A DNA stretch of 64,000 nucleotides, from positions 1-64,000 of the forward strand of contig CAVQMO010000002.1 of assembly GCA_963713605.1 (NCBI GenBank). The letters run 5' to 3'. Position 1 is the first letter of the stretch. Every line of letters begins with the position of its first letter. The position numbers and the translations under genes are program-made. This document shows, piece by piece, positions 1 through 11,199 of the stretch. The DNA comes from an uncultured Nitrososphaerales archaeon. GTDB lineage: Archaea > Thermoproteota > Nitrososphaeria > Nitrososphaerales > Nitrososphaeraceae. The notes under the pieces were generated by a model. The model was not told the DNA's origin and did not search any database. It worked only from the letters and a program-made list of their open reading frames with translations.

Positions 1-154
1 TTGCAAATGCATTAAACACCAGAAATGTATTTTTGGTAGTCTATGAGGCTCCTAAACGTTGTATCATCCATTAAAAGGTTATTTACTGCTTTGCTTCTAT
101 AACTTAAGTTCAACCTCAAAAATATGTGTTACAGATAGGAAATCCCCGAGGCAT

Positions 155-716
155 TATATCAAGTCAAATTTTGCAAGGGTTAAACGGTAAAGAATAAACG
201 GTAAGGAATTTGCTGCGTCGGAAAACCTAGCTCCGAGTTGTTGCTTTTTATCTAATCCAGATTTGGCATTAACTATTTTATCATAATATGACTGGAAGGC
301 TTCTCTAAAGTCTTAAAATATTTTTCTACAATAAATTTTAACTTTGGGCTGGCATTATCATCAATTAGAATTCCACAGTTGGAAGTAGTCGAATGCATAA
401 AAAATTGTTGACTCTCCCTTCATGAAGTATTCATAGAGAGTAGTTTTCTAGTATCAAAGTCGAAAGTCCTATGCGAAATTCCATATTCCTCTTCCACAGG
501 ATAAGCTAACATTTCAGTCCAAGCCCAAGCCCGAGCAAGATCATCCCACACAATATGCTCTGACTTATAATTCCTAAATACTGTGGGCAAGAATCGTTCC
601 GCCTTACTAATTACTATTCCCTGGAGAATACAAATTAGCCTTAATCGGAAATCACCTTGTTTACGTTCTAGTTCGGAATATCGCTCAACATGAGAATCAT
701 CTTAATACCGTACCAT
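155..716 (-). pseudogene. Decayed hypothetical gene with two in-frame stops
   Basis: Manual translation from ATG ~716 gives one protein-like frame (MVRY*DDSHVERYSELERK...WAWTEMLAYP...MNTS*RESQQF...AKFDLI*); boundaries approximate. Confidence 0.35.
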
Positions 717-728
717 AAAAAGGTTCTA

Positions 729-956
729 TTATGGTGGTGCGCCTAGTATTCTACTATCCAAGAATTCTCCATAGTCAGTTACAATACTGGGATAGCGTAC
801 TCCTACTACTGCTCCAGCTTTACCTGCTCGACCAAAGAGACCACTGAGGAAATTAGGATTCCTTTTCCAAAGTATGATAATAGCTATAATGAAAATAACG
901 ACACCGACAACAGTGGCAATAGAACCACCACTACTGCCGACATTTATAGACGCCAC
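729..956 (-). CDS. Small single-pass membrane protein
   Basis: Hydrophobic stretch IATVVGVVIFIIAIIILW followed by KR. Confidence 0.5.
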   Translation of the reverse strand: MASINVGSSGGSIATVVGVVIFIIAIIILWKRNPNFLSGLFGRAGKAGAVVGVRYPSIVTDYGEFLDSRILGAPP

Positions 957-984
957 AAAATTAATTAATTTACGAGATTTTTAA

Positions 985-1786
985 TCAGTTTGCTTTGCAG
1001 TATTCATCATCAGGTTTTACACTCCCATCTTGATCGCAAATATTTTCTTTTGTGCAGAAATCCCAAGGATCTCCTGGATGCATTAGACAATATTGTTCTG
1101 GATTGTCATTTCTATCATAACATCCCTCACCTTTACCTCCAGTCTCTTGATACAACACATCACAGAATATCAATCCCTCTCTTCCTCTCTCTCCATTACA
1201 TAATGAATTATCAGGTGTTTCATCACACTGCACATCCTTAAGCTCACACTTCTCTCCATCATCAGTTCTTTGATATCCATCAAGACACTTACTTCCTGTT
1301 TCTGTTGGAGTGGGTTCAACTATCTCTGGTTTGTCGACGAGATACATGCATTGCATCCCAAATTCCTTTTCAGCTAGAACCATATTATTTGGACAGTCTT
1401 TTTCATTTGAATGACATATGTTGTCTTCATCATCAAATATATCATGATAACCTTCAGGACAACCTATAGGAGTACAGACATTACCCTCGAAATTATTATA
1501 TCCTTCCAATTCAAAGCAACTCTGCTCTGAGCCAGGAATACACTTTAGTTCCCATTTAAAATCACAGCTTTCATCTGGAGCAAAATCTGGATTTATAGCT
1601 GGTCTGTCTTCTGTATCTTTAGGAAATCCATCCTCACGATAAAATCCACTTTCTCTTTCCTCTTCAATCCGAAACTTGAGTTTGTTCAGGCTTTTCTTGA
1701 CTAGCAGAGACATTCATTGTTGTTGTTGTAGTAGGAATACCTACTGCTACTAGTGCAATCAATACTGTTATTATTGATATATACAT
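985..1786 (-). pseudogene. Cys-rich acidic secreted protein, frameshifted near the N-terminus
   Basis: ORF 985-1713 is Cys/Asp/Glu-rich; a signal peptide MYISIITVLIALVAVGIP starts at ATG 1786 in another frame. Confidence 0.6.
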
Positions 1787-1820
1787 GGTGTATAGTATTG
1801 TATATGTTATATATTAGAAA

Positions 1821-2207
1821 TTAGAAGAAGAGATTTTTAATCAGATTTGCAATATGCATCTTCACTGGCTTTATAAATCCACCTACGTCACAGATATCTC
1901 CAACGGTGTTACAAAAGACTGGATCATCAGTAACACGACAGTAGCTTTCAGGATCATTCTCTTTAGAACAGGTGATATTCAGTCTTGGATCCCCCATCCC
2001 AGCACAAATCCCACTTTCAGCTGGTCTTTTATTGGTAGCATTATGTAAGAACTCTACACAATTTGGACTCTCTGAATGAAATTGACAGAAGCTTTCATAT
2101 CCTTGACTTAATATCTGACAGTTATCGTACGTATTATTTACTGATCGACAGCCTGCATGGAATCCATCATCGTATCCACCACCGTATTCGCCGCAACCAC
2201 TGTCCAT
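1821..2207 (-). pseudogene. Cys-rich protein sharing its C-terminal motif with 985-1713
   Basis: NDPESYC...FC...ICDVGGFIKP, then EDAYCKSD* after a frameshift, parallels NDNPEQYC...FC...ICDQDGSVKPDDEYCKAN. Confidence 0.55.
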
Positions 2208-2881
2208 TTTTTCATCGAATGAAGTAGCTTTGCCGTCCCTAAATCCATCATCATAACATCCTCTTCTATTCTCTTCGTATAGGAATGCTCTGTCTTCTAA
2301 GGTTAGATTAACAGGATTGTTTTTGAAATTGTTACATTCATCTAATGTAAATCAATCATACGAAAATATGAGTATCCGACAATCTCAACAAGGAGATTGT
2401 AAGATTAAGGCAAAAGATTGAAGGGATACGGAAGGTTAGCGGCCTTAACATCCTTTTAGAAATGACTCCATTTGAAGTTCTGAATATTTACTTGAACCAT
2501 GGGTCCCGTATAATGTCCCAATTCTGAATGTTTGAAAAATGTCTACTGATCCCGCTGTAATTTGCAATTCATGCAAACTTAAGGTTAGAACAAGTTAGTA
2601 CAAATCCAGAAGAAGCAGCCGAAAGAGCAAGGAAAAAAGGTATGACCCTTAACTAACCAGCACTAACCAACTTCACAATTAGAATCACTATTAACAGTTG
2701 ACTATATTAGATTAACGACCAAAGGCTAGGAACTGCGTTCGTTGACAGAGGAGCTGGCTGGTGCCTGCCGGTCTCTAACTAAAGCATCAAGCTGATTCCA
2801 ATTGTCTTAGTGCCTTATCTTCCATCGACAAGCATAGCGTTCAGCAACTAGAAATCAATTCAAATAATCTGAGACGAAACC

Positions 2882-4370
2882 TTAGTGCATTATAGCATCA
2901 TGATACCCTTCTTGAATCCATTTGTTAATTGTTTCAGAGGTAAAGTCGCCCATCTTCCCTGAAATGCTGTCATAGTCGTCTTTACGTTGTATTTGTACTA
3001 CTTTAGATATCTTGAAAGTGTTCTTGAGTATATCGATATTTCTCTTTACCTCTTCCGTGCTAAAACGCCTTGGCGTATACTCTTCTAAAATTTTGTTAAT
3101 TCTGTCCCTTATTGCCTCATCATGGTCTCCAAGGCTAATTAATCTTTCAATTAGATTTACGTAGTCAGTGAAAAGTCCGTCTGTTTTTGCATCATATCCA
3201 TCACTAAGTGTTATATCCATCTTTCTATCTCTTACTGCATCAATATCTTCACGTATGATATCTTCTCTAGTAGTAGTATCATTTTCATTGGGACTGAATA
3301 CATTAATTATGTACAGATTCTAAATCAGGAATTCTCTGGGCATGTTCTTGTCTAACACCGTAATCTAGATTATTATGTCCTTTACTTTCCTTTTTCTTAA
3401 GGGAATTCTCCAGATTATGAACACCTATCCTCTTTTCCCAAAACCTCTTATGTGCTTCTAACAATTCTCGAATGGGAGTATTACTTAGTAACCCACCATC
3501 CCAAAATTTTCGTCCATCTATCTCTTCATAAACATAGAATTCAGGTAACGTCGAGCTTGCCATTAGATGTTTGATATTTAGACCTTCGTCATATTTGATA
3601 GTGATGGATTTCCCTAATACAGAATTGCCATATTGTGTTTCTCTTATTCCTATCTCCTTCTCATAGCTATCAAATGTGACGGTTGCTCCTTCTTCTGCAT
3701 CTACGCTAATTACAAGCAACCTTGGTTCCTTTCTTTCAAGACTAGTTGCAATAGGAAATCTAACAAATCTTTCTACACTTTTTCTCAATGGTTCATTATC
3801 GTAAACAAGCCATTGATTTTCAGAATCGCAGAATCGCTTATCTTGTTTAGGGGGATGAATTGGTTGGAACACATTTTTGATTCCTGATTTAAAGAATTCC
3901 TTTACTGAATAATATCGTCTGGCTGCTTCTTCTGATGCAATTAAAGGATTAGTCCCTTTCACTTTTTCTGCTTTCCATTGTTTTAATGCTTCTGAAATTT
4001 CAGGAGTAGGGGTGGATAAATACTTCCAAAAACCTTCAAGTCTTTCTGCTGAACCTTTCCAAGTTCTATTTTCAAGAAAATAATTAACGAGAATTGCTCC
4101 ATTTATTGCGCCTATAGAAGTCCCTGCAATGATATCAAATAGGGGCTCATTATTGTCATTGTCGCCACTTAGTTTTTCATATAGGGCTTTGAAAGCACCT
4201 GCTTGATATGCACCAGGAGCACCACCTCCCTGCAAAACTAATGCTCTTTGAACAGTAGGAATAATCAAGCTGTCATGATTAGACATATCACCAAATGTGT
4301 TAGCAAAGTATATTTTGATTGCTATCATTCGTATAAAAGTTCTCGTATGACTGATACCTTTTACACACAA
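2882..4370 (-). pseudogene. Patatin-like phospholipase split into two ORFs
   Basis: ALVLQGGG oxyanion motif, GTSIG nucleophile and DGGLLSNTP in 3303-4370; C-terminal DFT.ETI.KWI.EGY.DA in 2882-3220; real start may be MSNHDS (~4286). Confidence 0.85.
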
Positions 4371-4509
4371 AAAAGAAAATTATGGGATATCTTGTTAGTC
4401 AATTAAGTTTACAGCAGATAAAATGACACAACATATTAAAAAAATGACATCTAATTATTGATACGCGCATTAGCCTTCAATAGATGTTATTAGAGACTGC
4501 TGGGGTATA

Positions 4510-4775
4510 GGTGAGTTGTCCGACCGTTACAGATGTGGCAGTCTTGAAACAGCAGTTCAAATGTTTACTGCTAATGGCACATTTATCACGTCATGGGCTC
4601 GACGGACTTGAATAATGGCCGGTTTATTTCTCTAGGGGGAGTAGCCGTGGACTCTTGATAATGTATGCGTTAGCGATTTTGGTGAAATCAACAACATACA
4701 GGTGTTTGACAGCAACGGATATTTTATAACTAAATGAGGAACTCCCGGTCTGGTAACGGGCAGTTTGTTGAACCG
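4510..4775 (+). pseudogene. NHL-repeat beta-propeller remnant
   Basis: Broken frames VQMFTANGTFITSW and IQVFDSNGYFITK*G..GNGQF. Confidence 0.6.
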
Positions 4776-5092
4776 ACAAGTAGACAATGCTATTGTTACT
4801 TCCGCGTCTAATAACTATAAAAATGATGAATATGATGACGATTATGCCGGACGCGATAATTATGATAATGAAAATGGCGATTATTACTACAATGATAATG
4901 ACTACATTGGTAGGAGTGGGACTATTATAAATTCAGCAGGTGGAGGCGGCGCATTCGCATCTGTTGGTCGATAAAATTATTTCAATCGTTAATGGAAGTT
5001 TAGAAAAAAGTAAGTACTGATTTAGACTTATGCATATGTGAGTGAAAAAATTTGAAACATTAATAAGCAATATAAGATATCTATGGCTAGAA

Positions 5093-5221
5093 ATGTCTCA
5101 AGCGTCTCCAAAGTGTGATTATAGTGATTGCAGAAATGTGGGTATGACAACTTCTCAATGCACAGAATGTGACGAACATTTTTGTGATGAACACATGAAA
5201 ACTCATATTAACGAACATTAG
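5093..5221 (+). CDS. 42-aa Zn-finger microprotein (AN1/B-box-like)
   Basis: MSQASPKCDYSDCRNVGMTTSQCTECDEHFCDEHMKTHINEH; below the ORF-track cutoff. Confidence 0.6.
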   Translation: MSQASPKCDYSDCRNVGMTTSQCTECDEHFCDEHMKTHINEH

Positions 5222-5331
5222 ACTAGATCATATTCTCTATATCATGATTTTTTCATCACGTAACATTTTTCATATAGGATGGCTATAAAATGATATGCAA
5301 AAATTCGGCTTTGTAAGCAGAAAGCATACTA

Positions 5332-5583
5332 TTGGCACGTATTAATATGCCAATAGTCACTGATGAACAATTTAAAAAATTCATTGATGATAGTAAATGG
5401 CTTCAGAAAAATTATAATGAACTAATCAAAGAATTCAACTTAGAATTTGTTGCAATAAGAAATCATAATGTGGTAGCACACCACAAAGAAATGAATGAAT
5501 TTGAACGTGAATTAAAACAAAGCAACATAGCAATCTTAGATGTAGTAGTTGAATTTATAAGAGATAAAAGAAATGAAGTATAA
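5332..5583 (+). CDS. DUF5678-like small protein
   Basis: WLQKNYNELIKEF...FVAIRNHNVVAH pattern; lies directly upstream of an aspartyl protease. Confidence 0.65.
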   Translation: MARINMPIVTDEQFKKFIDDSKWLQKNYNELIKEFNLEFVAIRNHNVVAHHKEMNEFERELKQSNIAILDVVVEFIRDKRNEV

Positions 5584-5592
5584 TCTTGCATA

Positions 5593-6021
5593 TTGAATGC
5601 TATCAATGCTTTAATGACAAGAGATATTATGTACCTGCATACGTATTTTCGAAGCGAGCTAGATTTTGTTTTGAAGATAAATTTCTTAGTGGATACTGGA
5701 TCATCAACTACGCTACTTAGTTGGAACGAGGTGCCATATGCGACTCTTAAGACAAATCTAGGAGAAGACAGAGTATTTACTGGAATGGGTGGAAGTTTTA
5801 AAGCATTCATTTTGCCAGAGTGTAGTCTGTTTTTTTATGCAAATACTGGCATACAAAATCTGGTTGTTGGAGATCTTGGTCTTTCAAACTATCTCACAGT
5901 TGATGGTAGATTATGTCCAGCTGTTCCAAGTGTTCTGGGAATTGATATACTTAACAAATTTGATATTACTTACTCGGATGATTTAGAGAGACTTTTTCTA
6001 ACACAAAATATCAGCGAATAG
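5593..6021 (+). CDS. Retropepsin-like (clan AA) aspartyl protease
   Basis: FLVDTGSSTTLL catalytic motif and SVLGIDIL; the N-terminus may be frameshifted from TTG 5586. Confidence 0.8.
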   Translation: MNAINALMTRDIMYLHTYFRSELDFVLKINFLVDTGSSTTLLSWNEVPYATLKTNLGEDRVFTGMGGSFKAFILPECSLFFYANTGIQNLVVGDLGLSNYLTVDGRLCPAVPSVLGIDILNKFDITYSDDLERLFLTQNISE

Positions 6022-6054
6022 CTTGTAGTTCATGTTTCATACTGGATTTCCCAG

Positions 6055-6135
6055 TATACTTAATCCCCAAGACAAAAGTGGATCATTATAATGATAAGCA
6101 AGTGTATTTTGATTTAACAGAAAATTTGCTTAGAG
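6055..6135 (+). pseudogene. 3' fragment of the PRC-barrel-like small protein family
   Basis: YLIPKTKVDHYNDKQVYF, nearly identical to 15336-15599. Confidence 0.7.
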
Positions 6136-6480
6136 TCTGCAATACGATAATGGAAATCTTGTAGACTACAATTTTACTGAAAACTAGCGCATAGCCAGAC
6201 GTTCTTCTTCAGATCATATTTGTTTTATTGGTATAATTTTTTGGAGTGTCTCACCAGCCAACCAAACTGCTGCATTTGGTATATCGTATCTCGATTATAG
6301 AATCATATATCATAAGATCGACTGATTTATTGCTCCCAATTCACTGCTGTCGCTAATTATATGCAATATGAGATATTTACTGGATCAGAGTCAACATCAC
6401 ATTATTCCCAATAAAAGTCTGCTCCACTATAGCTTGAGATCTGATTGCACTTTTAGTCTATAGATAAAAATTAGACTGGC

Positions 6481-7038
6481 TTATGGTGGAAGTGTTGAAT
6501 TAGATACTATTACCAATGTCGGATCTGAAGCCGCAGAATGATGGAGACCACTACCATTATAGACTGCAGTTACAGAAACTATACCCTGTGAATCAGGTGC
6601 ATTTGTCTTAGCATTAAACTTGCCATCTATATCAGTGCTTTGCTTGTCAATAGCTTCTAAACTAGATGGAGAGATTGCTTGAGAAGCGGACTCGTACAGA
6701 AACGATATATCCGATTTCACTATGGGTTGCAGAGTTATCTTATCGACTAAAATTCCTGTTATATTGAATTCTTCACTTGGTTCCACTATAGGCCAGGGTT
6801 GAATAGTAAGTGTCGAGAATTCTGGTGCATGCTTTATTTTGAGATCAGCTGTTGCATTCCCAAATGATGTGCTGTTCTTGAGAAATTTTGTTTCCTGATC
6901 TTGCATCTCTGTTTGATTGGTAGTCTCATTTTGTTGTTGTGCAGCAGATGAACCCAACCCACTATTAAATGACAAGATTACTATAAGTGATAGTCCTAAA
7001 GTGGTAGAGATACTCAAGAACTGTTTGGTATTTTTCAT
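6481..7038 (-). CDS. Secreted protein with Ig-like beta-sandwich domain (paralog of 24776-25345)
   Basis: N-terminal signal/TM; FNITGILVD...TDIDGKF...VTAVYNG pattern. Confidence 0.75.
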   Translation of the reverse strand: MKNTKQFLSISTTLGLSLIVILSFNSGLGSSAAQQQNETTNQTEMQDQETKFLKNSTSFGNATADLKIKHAPEFSTLTIQPWPIVEPSEEFNITGILVDKITLQPIVKSDISFLYESASQAISPSSLEAIDKQSTDIDGKFNAKTNAPDSQGIVSVTAVYNGSGLHHSAASDPTLVIVSNSTLPP

Positions 7039-7263
7039 TTATTTTTCTCTAATTTTTAAAGATGGAACATGCTATTTAGTAAGTCTAGAATATAACTACT
7101 AGAAGATTCTAGTAGTCACTATTCGGCTTACTGCCAATTGTTACGAATACGTATTACCCTATGATAGCCTAGTGTTGACGGCAATACCAAATATGATTGA
7201 TACTAATGAATAGAATAACTTGTTTATCGAGTTAAATACTTTGTTGACTATTCCTGAGTGGAA

Positions 7264-7428
7264 ATGGTTTTAGGAACATTATTGTGGATAATAATTGTCA
7301 TTATTGTAATTATAGTTATTGTAGCTTTGCTAAAGTTTCTATTTCAGTTATTCTTTGTAATACCAATTGGAACAGATTTTCATGCCGATCTCCTGTACGC
7401 CAAAGCAATTCTGTTGCCGATGAGCTAA
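7264..7428 (+). CDS. 54-aa membrane microprotein, copy 1
   Basis: MVLGTLLWIIIVIIVIIVIVALLKFLFQLFFVIPIGTDFHADLLYAKAILLPMS; frame conserved in paralogs; GTTAAATACT at 7231-7240. Confidence 0.8.
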   Translation: MVLGTLLWIIIVIIVIIVIVALLKFLFQLFFVIPIGTDFHADLLYAKAILLPMS

Positions 7429-7616
7429 ATGATATAGTGTTTAATAGCACAATATTTAGGATCTGATCTCTGCAAGAAAAGCAGAGCATATTCTGTCTTC
7501 AAGCAAATATTAGAATTAATCATATTCCGAGGGCAATGAAATACATACCTATACTTACACTCTATAGATACATATGATAACTAATAAAAACTAAGATTAC
7601 GATCAAAAACTTTGAA

Positions 7617-7901
7617 ATGGCTAGGCTTAATTTAGTATATGACTTATTGCAAACAGCAAAGATCTCTTCTAGCACTGTAGATACAAAACGAGAGAAACAT
7701 GCCAATCAAATTTATTTTGTGATTTGTAATTCATGTTATTGGTGTGCAACTTACTTTGGGATTAATGTATCATTATCATTGCCACTAGCTTGTCATGCTT
7801 GTGGTTTACATAATACCGAGTTGATGCCTATATCGACCGATGAATCATTCAGAATAGAATATAATTCAACAAGAGGCATGCAGATAGAATTCTACGGGTA
7901 A
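7617..7901 (+). CDS. Small Zn-ribbon protein
   Basis: CNSCYWC...CHAC motif. Confidence 0.7.
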   Translation: MARLNLVYDLLQTAKISSSTVDTKREKHANQIYFVICNSCYWCATYFGINVSLSLPLACHACGLHNTELMPISTDESFRIEYNSTRGMQIEFYG

Positions 7902-8004
7902 TCTATCGGGTAATGACAAGTCTAACAAGTGTCTAATCACTTAGTCTACCTGAGTGATATTGAGTAGAACGGTCACTTTCACCGCAATGTAATTTTATCC
8001 GCAA

Positions 8005-8313
8005 TTATTCGCTAGTATCAATTGTTCTATTAGTTGATAATTCAAGAAGTGGGCTAAAGGCCTTCCAAAATTCTTGACTGCTAATATTGATGATAGGGCT
8101 GTCTGTTTCTGTTTTATTTGCTTCTAACCATATTATAACTATGTGTTTATCATCTGATTCTAACTTAATATTGGTAGAATTTAAAGATGATTGTGTTGAA
8201 TTGTTTCGACTAATGTTATCATTTAGTGGACTTTGCTGAGCTACAGCAAATGTAGTTTCATTGAGAGCAAATAGAATCATAACTGATACTACCATTATAA
8301 GGTAATTTTTCAA
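8005..8313 (-). CDS. Small secreted protein
   Basis: Signal peptide; the 3' part is duplicated in inverted orientation at ~58424-58668. Confidence 0.65.
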   Translation of the reverse strand: MKNYLIMVVSVMILFALNETTFAVAQQSPLNDNISRNNSTQSSLNSTNIKLESDDKHIVIIWLEANKTETDSPIINISSQEFWKAFSPLLELSTNRTIDTSE

Positions 8314-8489
8314 AGTGTCACCTAAAAATATATGAATGATTTAACAACCAAAATCTCATCCCAGCCGAAATAAGACAAGATGACACCCATCGCCAACATA
8401 CTATTTAGTGCTATCAGAAATATCGGCATGACTTTAACTGATAAAGATATGGGGTAGATCATACTTTTATGGTACTACTCTGTTGCATT

Positions 8490-8751
8490 TTATCATATCT
8501 AAGTTTCATTATCAACAAAGCAATGTTTAGTGCAAAACCAGCGGCATTAGTTCCAATTATGACTGGGTCAGATCTGATAAAACCATAGATCACCCAGAGA
8601 AACATACCGCTATAAGAATCATCAGATGAGCAGATACATCAAACATCTTTTTAGTTCTGTAAGCTTTCATGAGCTGTGGTATGAATGATGATAGAACCAG
8701 TATGCCGGCAACAGTACCAATTATATCAGCATATGCAACTAAATCTTCCAT
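8490..8751 (-). pseudogene. SemiSWEET/PQ-loop transporter, frameshifted copy
   Basis: Close nucleotide match to 40248-40538 with a 4-nt deletion near 8612; 3' boundary approximate. Confidence 0.8.
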
Positions 8752-8793
8752 TATATCTCATTGACTACGACATTGGATATAAGAGAAACTCAC

Positions 8794-9009
8794 TCATCGA
8801 TTGTGCCGATCTATAGTTGTTGGAGCTAAAGACTTCTCTTTTGTTCCGCGTGCAGCTGGCACAAATTGTTCAGTACTTATCGGCCACCAGCAAATCACAC
8901 CGTGACATTTGCCGCATACAAGCGCTATTCTTGAATTGTTCGTACTAAATTCCATCGCATCAAAACTTGTTTTCCCTGAATTACAGATGCACTCTTTTGC
9001 CCATTGCAA
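8794..9009 (-). CDS. Small Cys-rich putative Zn-binding protein
   Basis: CIC...CGKC motifs. Confidence 0.45.
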   Translation of the reverse strand: MQWAKECICNSGKTSFDAMEFSTNNSRIALVCGKCHGVICWWPISTEQFVPAARGTKEKSLAPTTIDRHNR

Positions 9010-9243
9010 TTTCTTTTATTCAATTAATAATAGACAAACATCTCATATTACCATATGCGATAATTGGTTGTTTGCTCTGATTGCTGATTTAACTGGTTGT
9101 TAAATGCGATTTATTGCGATTTATTATTATTAGACAAATTATAAAATAGTATTAGTTGAATCTCATATCAACCGGCTTTAGGTGTGTGCGGGAAACTTTG
9201 CCTTGTACCATGTCGTTTAAAACTACAATATCTTTATAGAATA

Positions 9244-9690
9244 TTATCTATGATGGCTAATGTTGTAGTAGTAGACACCCGGCTTTTCTTCCTGTACTTC
9301 TTCTTCAGATTTTGTACCGGGTGCTTTTCTAGGTTTCCTTGAAGGATCATATAAAGCGTTCCATGGGTTACTTTTTCCTAGAATCAAATCTGCTAAAAGT
9401 ATCCCTGCTATTGTGCCATGCATAATTCCGTTTCCAGAATCACCAGTAGCAATGTTGATGTTGTCCTTATTGTCTCCTGGATTATGTCCTATGAACGCAA
9501 TTGAATCTTGAGGCTCCATTACTTGACCGGACCATCGATATTCTATTCCCTCTATGGGAAAACGCTCTCTAGTCCATGATTCTAACTGCGAATAACGTTT
9601 TTCTATTTCTACATCTGATGAAAAGTTTCCCGCCTGATGACCTTCTCCTCCTACTATAAACAAATCATAGTTGTCATTATCATTATCCAT
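9244..9690 (-). pseudogene. Fragment of a FAD-dependent oxidoreductase (DAO/YhfW-like)
   Basis: VGGEGH, YRWSGQ, IATGDSGNGIMHGTIAG, ALYDPSR; N-terminal FAD-binding region missing. Confidence 0.8.
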
Positions 9691-9753
9691 TCTTTGAATT
9701 CTTACATAACGATAGGGAGCTACAAGATTTCATCGAAGTTTTGCTAAAAAAAT

Positions 9754-10950
9754 TTAAGAGCATAGTCCGGACACAGCGTTAGTAAAACATCCACTTAATT
9801 GTACATACCATCTGAAAGTAGAATCATCCACCATTACTCTCTCAAAGATCTGAAGATAATTTTTAGTCATTATTTCATCAGTAAAGTGCTTTTTAACTCT
9901 ATCTCTGCAAGATTCTGGCGAACATTCGTAGACCTTGTCGACATATCCCTGTAATTCTTGAGGAGTTTTAGCGAGAAAACCGTTGGTTTGGTTTACAATT
10001 ATATCGTTTAGTCCTCCATTAGCTAGAGCAAGTACGGGTTTACCATAGGCATTTGCTTCTACGGCATATAACCCGAAGGCCTCTATCCATGTAGGTTTAG
10101 GACATGCAATAACAGCTTTGCATTCTTTGATTAATTGCGCCTTTGTTTTATTGTCTACGAGTCCAATATATTCTGCCAAGCCGTCGGTATTTTGGCATTT
10201 GTCTCTTATCATTTGTACATATGAGAGATCCGGTACATGTATATCATCCCCAGCTATTTTTATAGCATTTTTTGTTTTCACAGCCAAATCAATTGAATCT
10301 TCAATTCCTTTTTCTATGACTATTCTATTAATCGAAAGAAGATAATCTCCGTTTTTATTGTTATTATTACTATTTGTATTATCCAGTGGAGGTAGAGGGA
10401 TTCCATGATGAACATATCTAACAGGTATTCCAAGACTGGAAGACATATACTTAGCATGAAGCCTAGATAATCCAATATATCTAGGAAATCGCAGACTGTC
10501 TAACCGGAACTTTTTGCCACTCTACCGTACCATGATTAGTGTGAATTATTTTCATCTTTGGAAATTTCTTTGCCGAAAGATAGGAAAAGCAATGCCATGT
10601 ATTATCCCATACAATTCCATTCCCGCTTCCATATTCTTTTTCCAGCAATTCCTTGTATATGAGATAATGAGCTTCTTCAGCAGTCGATCCTTCCCAAGAA
10701 GGCTCTATCGTTTCTATTATATCGAAGTTGGATGGCAATTCCTTTTCTCCTTTAGCTGTGGAAGAACATTTGGCTGATATCAAAGTCACATCATGAGCTT
10801 TATTGGTCAAGTTCTTACAAACCCACATGACGACAGCCTCCAGGCCTCCATTCGATCTTCAAGTCAAAGCTGAAAATAATCGGGAGGTGGAGTAGGTAAA
10901 TTAGGGCTACTTATAACTAATACTTTCGTTTGCTAGCACCAATAAGTAGG
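9754..10950 (-). pseudogene. GT4 glycosyltransferase, disrupted
   Basis: EAFGLYAVEANAYGKPV motif; split across 9754-10446 and 10481-10828; PPPDY/GGLE interrupted by a 26-nt insert at ~10850-10875. Confidence 0.85.
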
Positions 10951-11199
10951 AGCATGATGTCTAATAATAATTATTCTAGAGAATGATTCATGGTTTTCCA
11001 AACACTCGGTGTTTTGTCATGTTTGACACATTAAACGGCTTTGCCGATCATTATGGCAAGGTAGTAATCTCAAATTTAGAGCCATCCCGTGTTATGCCAA
11101 TCTCTAATCACTAAATACTTTGTGAACTGATAAAGAAGGATTCATGCGAGCTAAAAAGATAGCGAAGGGGTTTGTCCTTAGCGGGATAGGCTGCCTAAT

